NCBI RefSeq assembly: GCF_018977255.1
Contig: NW_024704750.1
Coordinates: 4,092,001-4,156,000, forward strand
Direction: 5' to 3'
Origin: Callorhinchus milii
Lineage: Eukaryota
Length of the DNA: 64,000 nucleotides
The position numbers and the translations under genes were made by a program. Shown one piece after another: positions 48,201 to 60,200 of this stretch; positions within the stretch are counted from its first letter, which is position 1, and every line of letters begins with the position of its first letter. The notes under the pieces are model-generated. The model saw only the letters and a program-made list of their open reading frames with translations. It was not told where the DNA came from and made no database searches.

Positions 48201-51200
48201 TGAAATGTTCTCACTGTGCAGTTATAGGCATTACATCAGATGTGCGGTTTATTATTGATATGTATGGCATTTTAGTATACTTTGTGTAGAGTAGGTGATT
48301 GTTCAGAATGTTTCATTTTAAACTTCTATATTGGATGTTGGGATAATTGCTGGAGTTTAACCAGTTAAAAACGTACTGCTTGCCATTAAAAGCACTAGCT
48401 ACAAAACTTCCTGCTGCTGTCCAGCTCGGATCACCCTACCCTTCAAGGCATTGGCAAGTAGGATTAACAGGATCTGAGTGGAATGATGTTACTACAATAG
48501 GATGAATGTAGAAATGCTTCATAACGGTGATGGATCACCAAGGTGGGAAGGAAGGGTGTTCAGGTGACCAAGGGCAGAGTCACAGAAATACATTGTACAA
48601 AGTTCTGAAGGCATGAAGCAAAAATACAAGGCAGTGGGTTCTGGGGAGCGAGTTGTAGAGAGAGAGAGGAAAGAAACACTGGGATGAGCGGAGTGAAGAA
48701 TGAGTAGCAAATCAGGATCAGCAGAGCAAGGCTGGAAGAGATTGCGAGGATTGGGAGGGGCGAGGTAGTGACCTTTCTCTTTGACGGTGCCTTCAGCTCC
48801 CCTCTCGACTCTCTACCCCCTCCTCGCTCCCTCCCTTCCCTCACCCTGACCATTTCCCCCCCCCCCCAATGCTCGGGTCCTGAGCCAACTGTCCAGCGCC
48901 TCGGGACGTCCTCCCGACGCGAAAGGCGCTCTATAAATGGAATCTTGTTGTTGTTGAAGCGAGTGGATATCAGCACAGTTATCATGGGAGACTCGGCGAG
49001 ATTCACAGTGAGATAGATCATTCAGTCGGCTCTGAATTGATGGGCGACGTGTGTGGGGGAAAAACTCAGCGTCTGAAAGATCAATACAGGATCCCAGAAC
49101 TGCTCTCCATGTGAAACCTCGCTTTGCTCGGGGTTATTATTATTATTATTACTACTACTACTACTTAGTGGAGTCCTGTAGCTCAGTGGTTAGAGCACTC
49201 GCTTTGCAAGCGAGAGACCTGAGTTCAATTCCAGGCAGAGGGCGAAACCTTGGGCAAGTTTCCTTACTCCACACAGAGCCTAATAATAATCCCTCCAAAA
49301 CCCAAAAACAATAATAAATTGGTCATTTTCAATCTACGACTGTTTGTGGGACATTGCTGTGCGCAATTGGCTGCCGCGTTCGCCCACAAATATACAGTCA
49401 ATTCACTTTACAGTGCGTTCTGTGAAGCGCTTTGGGACGTCCTCCCGACGTGAAAAGCGCTATATCAAATGCAAGGATTATTATTATTATTATTATTATT
49501 ACTATTGTTTGGCTGAGCAGTGATTCCTGTGGGGGGGGGGGGGACGACCCTTCGCTGTGGTAGACTCCTGTGAGGGGAGGAGGGCTGGAGCTGGAGGCTG
49601 ACCAAGACCCTCAGAGCTGTGTGTGGGGGCTCCGGCCCTCCCTCGGGCACTTTTTGGGGGAGTAGAAACGGCACCGGGGAAGTTGACGCTGTGCTTTCAG
49701 CCGCATCCGAATCTGCGCCGAGCGATCACCAGCACTTCGGACAGAATCGGTCCCCTTTCGAAACCGGGGATGGATGGTTCGAAGCTGTTTTTTTTGGAAA
49801 AAAATATGTAATATATATTATATATTCTATTCAAATATATAATATATATTTTTTTAAATATATTTTTCTACCTCCTGTTTTTTTTCCCCCCCCTTCGTGT
49901 TGCCAAAGTGTGTGTGTTTTTTTAAAAAAAAACACCACACACACAAAGGCGTATTATTCACCGAAACCAGAACCGACTAAATTACGTTCGCGGGAGAAGA
50001 GGGTAAGAAAAGAAAAGAAAGAGAGAGAGAGAGAGAAAGAGTGAGAGAGTGAGAGAGAGAGAAGCGAACAGAAAGGGGTTTACACAGCGGGTGCAAAGCA
50101 AAGCAAAAAAAAAAAAAAAATGCATTATAAATAAAAACCACCGGAGGGTTCTCTCGGGGCTGAGTGAGCGGTCGCCCTACCGACCTCGTGGCACCTCCAC
50201 CCGGTGACCGCGGCCGATGGTTTGCCAGTAAGAGAAGAGTCGGTCCCCCTCCTCCCCCTCCGGCTGCTCGTCGCCTTCCTCCAAGACGGCATTGCTGTTG
50301 GAGACCGACTCCGTGCTCTCCCCCTCCGGCTCGGGCCCGGGCCCGGCGGTGAGGTCCTCCAGAGTGATCTGACCGCCACCGCCGCCGCCGAACTGACAGC
50401 CCTGTCCCGCCATCTCTGCCCCCGCGGCCGCCCGTCCCCCCCACTGCGAGGCTCCGGTCTTTAAATACACAACGGAGGCAGATGGTGAGGGGGGGAGTGG
50501 TGTGGGAGTGGTGAGGGGGGGGGGGGGGGTGAGGGGGTGGGGGCACAACACCAGGTTGGCAGCCGCCCTGTCTCGGGCAGAGCTTTTAATTCGCTCCTCA
50601 CGTGCTGCAGCTTCAAGAATAACTCGGGGGTCAATGAAATCAAACCACAGACAAACACACAGCAGAGAGGAGAGCCCNNNNNNNNNNNNNNNNNNNNNNN
50701 NNNNNNNNNNNNNNNNNNNNNNNNNNNNNNNNNNNNNNNNNNNNNNNNNNNNNNNNNNNNNNNNNNNNNNNNNNNNNNNNNNNNNNNNNNNNNNNNNNNN
50801 NNNNNNNNNNNNNNNNNNNNNNNNNNNNNNNNNNNNNNNNNNNNNNNNNNNNNNNNNNNNNNNNNNNNNNNNNNNNNNNNNNNNNNNNNNNNNNNNNNNN
50901 NNNNNNNNNNNNNNNNNNNNNNNNNNNNNNNNNNNNNNNNNNNNNNNNNNNNNNNNNNNNNNNNNNNNNNNNNNNNNNNNNNNNNNNNNNNNNNNNNNNN
51001 NNNNNNNNNNNNNNNNNNNNNNNNNNNNNNNNNNNNNNNNNNNNNNNNNNNNNNNNNNNNNNNNNNNNNNNNNNNNNNNNNNNNNNNNNNNNNNNNNNNN
51101 NNNNNNNNNNNNNNNNNNNNNNNNNNNNNNNNNNNNNNNNNNNNNNNNNNNNNNNNNNNNNNNNNNNNNNNNNNNNNNNNNNNNNNNNNNNNNNNNNNNN

Positions 51201-54200
51201 NNNNNNNNNNNNNNNNNNNNNNNNNNNNNNNNNNNNNNNNNNNNNNNNNNNNNNNNNNNNNNNNNNNNNNNNNNNNNNNNNNNNNNNNNNNNNNNNNNNN
51301 NNNNNNNNNNNNNNNNNNNNNNNNNNNNNNNNNNNNNNNNNNNNNNNNNNNNNNNNNNNNNNNNNNNNNNNNNNNNNNNNNNNNNNNNNNNNNNNNNNNN
51401 NNNNNNNNNNNNNNNNNNNNNNNNNNNNNNNNNNNNNNNNNNNNNNNNNNNNNNNNNNNNNNNNNNNNNNNNNNNNNNNNNNNNNNNNNNNNNNNNNNNN
51501 NNNNNNNNNNNNNNNNNNNNNNNNNNNNNNNNNNNNNNNNNNNNNNNNNNNNNNNNNNNCACCCCACAGCCACACACACACACCCCCACACACAACCCCC
51601 ACACGCCCCAACACACACCCCCACAGCCCCCACACAAACACACCCCACAGCCACACACACACACCCCCACACACAACCCCCACACGCCCCACACACACAC
51701 CCCCACAGCCCCACACAAACACACCCCACAGCCACACACACACACCCCCACACACAACCCCCACACACCCCACACACACCCCCACAGCCCCCACACAAAC
51801 ACACCCCACAGCCACACACACACACCCCCACACACAACCCCCACACACCCCACACACACACCCCCACAGCCCCCACACAAACACACCCCACAGCCACACA
51901 CACACACCCCCACACACAACCCCCACACGCCCCACACACACACCCCCACAGCCCCCACACAAACACACCCCACAGCCACACACACACTGAAAAGTAGATC
52001 AAGTGACAGAGAGAGATGTATTACACCAACAGAGAAACAAACCAACAGCAAAAAAGATGTTAGAAACAAAGACGCACCGAAATAGCGGTTTCAGTTGTGG
52101 TCGAAGAATGTAATCTGAATTCATTTGTCTTTGCACTGACAGTGGGGGGGGGGGGGCACTGAGTGCTCAGTATAGATGTAGAATTTCTAGTGTAGATGTA
52201 AGAGGAGCAAAAAAGATAGTAATACTAATAATATTGTAAATGACCAATAAAGAGGTGAAGGATTGGCTGAGAGCAAAATGACATTCTTGAGTACCTTCAG
52301 CGATTTTAAATTGAAGTACAACCAATTGGCAGATTACAATCAACACCTGATTTTTCTGTATGTTTATCACTTTGCATTGTCTGGCCTGTAGGTATCTAGA
52401 AATAATCTGCCATTTGTGTGAGTTACCTGATGAGTTTTGCCCACAGATGTATCTCATCAGTTTCATAAATCCCAGGCACGTGGCCTGCTCGTAATTGCCT
52501 TCATCCAGGTTGACACAAGCCCATTTAGCCTTTTCATATCGACGCTTTTCATACAGTACTTGGTCACACTGAAAAATTAACGTGAGAAATAAATGAGCAA
52601 TTCTGGCAGTAAACATTTGTAGAAATAGCATAAACTCGATATGACAAATGGCTCCTGTGCTAAACACTGTATCTCATAGTTTTTACTATTTGGAACTTAT
52701 AATGTGATAATGGTTTGCCAAGTCCTTTAGCAAAGAGCGTGAATTTTACTCATTACCTTTTTCTTTTGACCTGTTTGTGCGAATGGTACCATCTCTCTGT
52801 CTTGAGGCTGGTTATTTCTTGTCAACTGTTGGATTGGTTCTGCCATTTCTAGTAACACAAGAGTAAAGGAAAACATTAATTTCAATAAGTTTATGAATGC
52901 TGTGTAATCAAACACTTGAATTTTCAAATCAAAAGGAGTCTTAAATCTAGAAATAACATGTGTTTGAAACCCAGGCTCGGACAGGCCATTTGCAGAATGA
53001 CACTGATCCAAAATTGATCTGCCATACAAATAGTTGCAGGATTTAGTTACAAATCTGAAGTGCATTAGTGAAACTGAATGTGTAAAATTTCACAATAATT
53101 AAAAACAAATACTACATTCATATTTTATTCTTTAACAAAGAGAAGTCAAATGCATTGCTGGGCATGAGCTTGTGTCTGAAATCCTTACCACATGAGTTGG
53201 TAGTTAGTCTCAATTGAGCTCTGCAAGTATCTCTCGACTGGGCGGAAGTCTCCCCTGAGGAAATTCCTGTGTTCTTCAAGAGGATTGTTAGAACCGGATG
53301 TGATAAGTTACTTTGCCCTTTCTTGGGTAAGGAACAAACCAGCGATAGGGATTTTTTTTAATGTGTGTTTGCACTACTTCTGCACCTGCCTTTTTGAATT
53401 CTTCTGATGCTAACACTACCCACTACGTGCGCGCGCTCGCTCGTTGTGTATGTGTGTGTGTGCGCACAGTCTGATGGGTGGGAATGGGTCTTGTTTTATT
53501 CTGTGCTTGCAATTCCAATCGATGATAGTTGTTTACAGTTCTCAAATTCAACATGACGCAGATCTTCAAAATTGCCTGAAGCATATTAAATAAAAAAGAG
53601 CTTATTCATATGGAACTTGTTTTCCAAAATAGCCGTAACTTTTTTTGTCAACTGTGACTGCCACAAAGGATTAACTCAACTCTGATATTCCATTGGCTGC
53701 CATGTCACCTTGATACAAATGATTTGGGCTCAATAAGACTCTAAAGTATATGAAATGAATATTTGTGCCTAAAATTCTCTTTTTGCATTGCTTGGATAGT
53801 GAGGCGTTTTGCGAATAATACTGCTTGCTTGTATAACTGTTATTCTGTTATGTGTTTTTGTCAGACTTTGGCCTAAAAAGCATCATCATAGCAAATTCGT
53901 ATTAATCAGTATGAAGTTAAAGTTGACAGCTTGACAAATGTGTTTTAGAATATATATCAGTGAATAAAATGCTGCTATTGAGAAATTAATTGTGAGTTGG
54001 GATAATCTATTGGAATTTTCTCAGCAATTTGTATGGAAAATACTGTAGGTACAAACTTTCATCCCTTGATTTGTTGAGTGTAAGTGTGTTGGTGCAGTTT
54101 ATCATTTTATTTTTCTTGACATTAAAATGGACAATGTACCCTAGCTTTCAAAAGTGTTGACACAGACTGTTTGGGGTAACTGTTGAATTTCTGGGTGAAA

Positions 54201-57200
54201 CCAGTACGGTTATGCTCTTGCTCAAGGTTGTCCAATTCGTTTTCTTGTGGCCTTTTGGTAGCCTATATTTTTTGATCATCACTGTCCACAAGCCAAAAGG
54301 GATTTTTCATGCCTTTATATGGAAGAAGTGATGCGTTTTGAATCTCCTATGACTTACTGGGAGTCCCTCTACCACTTGGCTGTACGTTAAGCTTAATTTC
54401 TGGAATATACCCTTAGTTCTTTGTGAACACGGGAATGAGACTCCCAGCATGTATACCAGCAGAAGAATGCATGTTCGAATTTGGTGTAGCTGTGTTGCTG
54501 CAAGCCGGACAGAGAATATAGCGCTGGACTGGGACAGAGTAAGTAAAATGTTAAGTTTAAAAATGTTCAGAAGACTACAGATCAAGAGTAATCTCATTGT
54601 ACAATTGTATTGCAGTAAATACAATTGTACAATGAGATTACTCTTGATCTGTAGTCTTCTGAACATTTTTCAGTTGACTGACTCCATATACAAGTCATAA
54701 ACAAAAGTCCGACAATCTACTGTGGTCTTGTGATCTAATCGGAGTAAAAGTGGCATGCTGAATTTGTGCTATGGTGTGAATAGTGTGTTATTTTGCTGGC
54801 ATGCTGCTGTTGGTTTTGAAGTCTTGTGATTCAGGACAGCTGAGGGATGTTTTGTCACTTTTACTATGGCTGAGAGAGGCACAGTGTAAATAAAGGGAAG
54901 AAATGGGTGTTGGTGCAACACAACATAAAATGGAAGCAAGCTAAGTTCAGAGAGGGACTCCTGCAAGTTGTTGTTGACTTTTTAATTAACAGGCAGAAGA
55001 GGAAAATAAACCATGAAGCACAGCATCCACCAGGGGAACAACTTGTTGGGAATCCAGGGGGCAGCTCTTTATTTTCTCAGCATATTTCCCATCCTGACTT
55101 TATATTCCTTAATATCCTTACTTGCCAAGTATGTGTTCACTACAAATATAGTACAACTATACTTTACAGAAACATTGTGTTAAAACACTTTGAGATGTTC
55201 TTGATGCCAATGGGAACTATGTCAAATTCAAGGATTATTTTCTTGTTATGTCTCTTTTGCAGCTGCACCACAGAAACTCCAAATGAATGCAAATGCATTT
55301 AAACAGTAAGTGCTCTGTCCTTTAGATGAGATGTTAAACCAAGATCTTGTTCACCAGTTCGGGTGGATGTTGAAGAACTTTTGGGCTGTTGAAAAAGATA
55401 AAGGAGTTTATCTTGGTGTGTTGGCCAACAGATAGGGGTTTCTCCTGCTGTCCAGCCCAGCAATCCTCCAAATAAATTGGTCATTCACCTACTCACTCTT
55501 TATGGGACATGCTGCCCACAAAGTGACTGCTAGATTCACCTACGTATAGAACTGTAATTATTGCAAAGTCCATTGAGATGCTTTTAACATTATATACACA
55601 ATATTAAATACAAGAGTTATTGTGATGTGATTGGATTCAAGTCCATAAAAAAGCCATAATTATTTAAACAAAGTTTAAGAACTGAAAATCTTTGATTTCT
55701 TGATTCGTAATAATCTTCCAATTAATTTGAAAAAGTGCAGAAATGCTGGAAAAGCCTTCAAAGAGTTTAAATTCAAAACTGTACCGGGTGAGGGATTGCA
55801 AGGGTAGGTGATCGATAAGATAATCAGAACCAATGTAATGATTTATTTGAACGACTTATTTGCATGTTTGAAATGGTGCTGAGATGCTGAAATTAGCTAT
55901 GGATCAAGTGGGTAGGTAGAAAACTTAATGTGACATTTTAAAAAATATTAGCAACCGCAGAGGTTTGTAAGGTAATCAAAACGACAGCCCAGTTATGAAG
56001 CCCTGTGTTCCAAAAAGAAAGACTCAAATGCTAGTGCAGCAAGCTTCCAGTTATCACTTAAATTGATGGCTTTTTTCCCAGTACAGAAATGTGTCTTCCC
56101 GTGAAAAGAGAGGAAAATTCAGGAAGTTTATGGCCTCAGACTATTTCTGTGTACCCCCAACTGGCTGGCAATGGGAATCACTAGCAGAGACACAGGTATT
56201 TACTGCCTGCCTTCCCTCAAAAAGGCATTTTGCCACAGAGAGAAAAGGGAAAGGAAAATGGAAAAGAAATTTGTGAGCAGGTTTTATTTGCTAAACTGTT
56301 TTGCAGTTGCATGTCAGTCTCCAGCGGTGTAGTTTCATTGAAAGTGCGTGCTTAAACAAATGCAAAATTCTCCTTGTAATAAGATCTTTTTCTTTGTTGG
56401 AAATCTATAAAGGTCAGACTTTTAATGCTAGTCTGCTGAGAGTTTTAGTTTAATAATAGAGCTATGTGCTCAAATAAAAGTGTAAAATTAGCTGTTTTTC
56501 TCCTGATGTTCACCGGGATTTTAATGTAGTAGTACAAGCTCAATGTCTTCAATCGCCCCCACCCCAGTCTCCCGTGGGTGATCTTAGAAAGGTCACTATC
56601 AGATTCATTTACATGGTGAACAATCAGAAGTAGTATAATTCACAACAACATTTTATTTAATGGCTGCAAGAGTTCTGGTAATATAAGGTTATCTTAAAAT
56701 TCTGTAAATCAGCGTGCAATGATCAAGGAAATGGAATATCTCCCAAACAGTGGAGCGTTCTGACACATTTCTTTTTTCTCTTTCCACCAATACAAAAAAT
56801 GTTTTCTGTCTGTTGAAACATCAATCTGGATATTGCAGTTATTAAACTATTTGTCAATGTCCTTGGTAAAGATTGTGTCTGACTTCTAAGACACTCATTC
56901 TGGTGTATTGTACATTACTTGGACTGGTCAGATTTCTAACTTACAAAGAAACCACAAGTATACAAGAAATGCAGCATGGAATCACAAGATCACAACATTG
57001 GTTTGGAGGAAGAAGGCCCTTCGGCCCATCCACTCTCATTCTTTCAGAACACCCACCTCACTGTTCTCCTCCAAGCAGCTTTTTAAATGAGTCCCGTGTC
57101 CTGCCCACAATCGTCTTTCCTGGTGAATAGTTCTAGTTGTTAATTACCTCTTTGTAATTCAGAATTGTGTCAATAGTTGCGATGTACTGTTCGAAAAGCC

Positions 57201-60200
57201 CAGGAGTAAAATAAACAAAGGCTTGCCAATGTGTTTACATGTTTTTAGTTGGATTTTAAATTGAATTCTCTTGCAGAGAAGTTAGGTGACAAAATTACAG
57301 GTGCTAAGAAAGTGAATAGAAAGACTTACCCTGGCACAAAAGAAAATCTAAGAGACACATACTTTATAAAATGGCATAAACATTGCTCTGTACATGCAAT
57401 CTCAATGCTGTCCAATCGATTTCATCAGTGAATCCTCCTGACACTGAAGTGTAAAAGATGTATTTGGAGAAAGAAATCTGATGGTTGATTTGTTTTAATT
57501 CCAGGAGCTGAAAACTGAGTTCTACCATTAGAACTCATTTGTGGAGTCCTGTAGCTTAAGTGGTTAGAGCGCTCACCATTCCCAGGCAGGGCAAAACGTT
57601 GGGCAAGCTTCCTTACTCCATATGCCTCTGTTTACCTTGCAGTAAGTAGGAACTTGGTTGTTAGTCAGTTGTCAGATCGCTTTTCCGGGGGTAATAATCC
57701 CTTATAATAATAATTTGGTCACTTAATCCACGACTCTTTGTGGGTAACACTGCTGTGCACAATTGGCTGCTATGTTCGTCCACAAAATATACAGTCAATT
57801 CACATTACAGTATATTCTGTGAAGCATTTTGATACGTATGGTAGACATGGTAAGGTGCTACATCAAATGCAAGGATTATTGTTATTCAGTTAACAGCTCA
57901 CTGCTGTACTTTCCACCATATGAACAACTAAAAGTGGCACATAGGTTAAATTTGCTTGTAGTGAGGTTAGTTATGTAATCACTGATGGTTTTTAATTGGA
58001 CTAAATGAGCACCTGCATGGCATGTAGTAGGGATGTACTGTCCTACTGAGTCCTGTTTAGAATTACTGTTATCGCAACAATTGAAGGAGACCGGATTGGA
58101 AGATTGCAGCTTTTTATTGGTATATCTCCGGCAAAATAGTTATCCAAAATAGGAGAACCGTGTTCTTGCCAGAAAAACAAGATCAAATCCTTTTCATTTT
58201 TATGCGGATTTTACCTCTTTATTTTCGTTAATGATAAATTTTTGCCACAATGTGGAAATGTAGTTACTCTTTGATCTGCGTTAAACCCCAACTACTGCTT
58301 TATAATGGGGTTCTATTGTAAATAGGTCATCAGTGAACCATTGGAAAAATCATATTGCTGCACCTCACCTTAAGAGCATTGCTACATATGAAAATGTTAC
58401 AGCATAGAAACACAGTCACCTACAAAATACACATTCATGCACCTTGCAATATATCCTGTGAAGCGCTTTGAGACATCCTCCTGTGAAAGGGGTGATATCA
58501 AATGTAAGGATTATTATTATTTGAATTAACTAGTAAATGCAAGTGTTTATACTTCATATGAACCGCCACACACCCTAATCCCCTCTCCCGTATTCTTCTA
58601 TTCCCATCTCTCATGTATGAATGTGGTGGTCTAAATGGTACTCTGTAAATTTCGATGGTTCATTACTTTACTCTTGAACCAACTGTTAAGTGAGCAAGAG
58701 ATGCATTAAAATCCTGCGCCTTTTAGAAATCCACACTTCTTTCTCTTTCTGCTCCCTCACCACACGTCAATAAACGTTTTCACTGATACAAAAAGGGTGC
58801 AACAAGTCCAGTATTAACATGCAACACCAAATTGAAATTTCACTCAAATGATTAATTTTGTGCTTTCTCACTTTTTAGCAATTCTGTTGAGGCACAATTT
58901 TTAGATCATTGAAACAGTGTAGAACAGCTAAGCCCATTTATTGTATGTCTGATTATTTCTGTGCAATTGATATGTCTCACAATACAACATCCTCACAATA
59001 CAGCACCCATGTCAAAGCATTGATTTTTTTCGACATTGGAAAGAAAATTATGCAAATGGAAGTAGTATTGGAGCTTAGTGGAACAAAGACAAGTGATTTA
59101 AATCAAGTCTGGAATGTGAATGCAGGTACTGGAAAACTGTGAAGAAACAGCTGCAAGACCATTTCATATCCCATGCGTTCAACTATTTTCTTTATGAATT
59201 ACAGAAGTTGCTTATTGCATTTCCTTTCATGTGGTCCCAAATAAGAGTGTTTTGGCAGTCCAGATGAAATGGTTTTACACGTGCTGGGTTCTGGAAATGT
59301 GCGACTGAGATATGGTCAGCAACTTCTGCTGAAATCTGGCTGAGATAGATTTGTCAGAAGCAATGCATTTGTTTTTCTTACGCTGGCTGTTGCTTAGATT
59401 GTCCAAAGAAAATTTGCAAGCATTTCCCGCGTACCTTTTTCAACTGAATATTAATTTGAATTCCAATGGATTTATAGTATCTGTGATAATACTTCTCCCA
59501 AAGCTGTTTTTATTTCTGCAGTAAGTCATTCCACTTTAAAAGTTTGTCTCAAAATAAAACCTGAAGGTAAGTGTTGTGAATGCTGTAGCTGTAGTATTCA
59601 CATGTCTATTTACGATGAAACAACTTTTAGAAGCTACAATTGTGACTGACTATCTTAATATCAGTACACATTATTCTATTTCTGTTCAGCTCTGTTTTGA
59701 AAGGCTTATTTACTGTAATATACAGCTGGTTAGCTTCAAATGGTGTCCATTTTAATCTTTTGTATGGAATGATTGGAATTCCTTTTCCAATAAATCGTGG
59801 CATTAAGACTGTGACACAGCTTATTAGTCACAACTAAGAATTAGATGTGAAACCTAGTTCTTTTCATTCCCCTTTCCTCTACAGCATAGAACCAGCCTTT
59901 CTCTCTCTCTCCCCATCCCCCCACCCCCTAACCAGTACCTTGTTTCCTCTTTCTTCCCTTGCTTTACACACTGCCAGTTCTCCCCTTTCTCCTCCAGACA
60001 CAAACAGTGCCAGCTTCCTTATTCCCTGTCTCTCTCCTTACATGGAGCCTGCCTTCCTTCCTCTATCTCTCTCTCTCAGTGCCAGCTTCCCCTCGCCCAC
60101 AGTGTCAATCATCCTTGCTCCTTGCACTTATTTCTTCCTTCACGTAGCCTCCTCTTTTTCCACACGTAGAGCAGCCCTTCTGCTTTCCCCTTCTCCAGGT

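Noticed and set aside
49171-49243. tRNA-Ala(TGC) gene (also 18784 and the minus-strand copy ending at 40181)
   Set aside because: The acceptor stem does not pair and the sequence continues into a SINE body and L2 tail. It is a SINE head, not a tRNA.
50461-52085. 450-630 aa ORFs (Cys/Val/Gly- or His/Thr/Pro-rich)
   Set aside because: They read through the N gap and a CA-rich minisatellite. Only 50413-50185 is a real coding exon.
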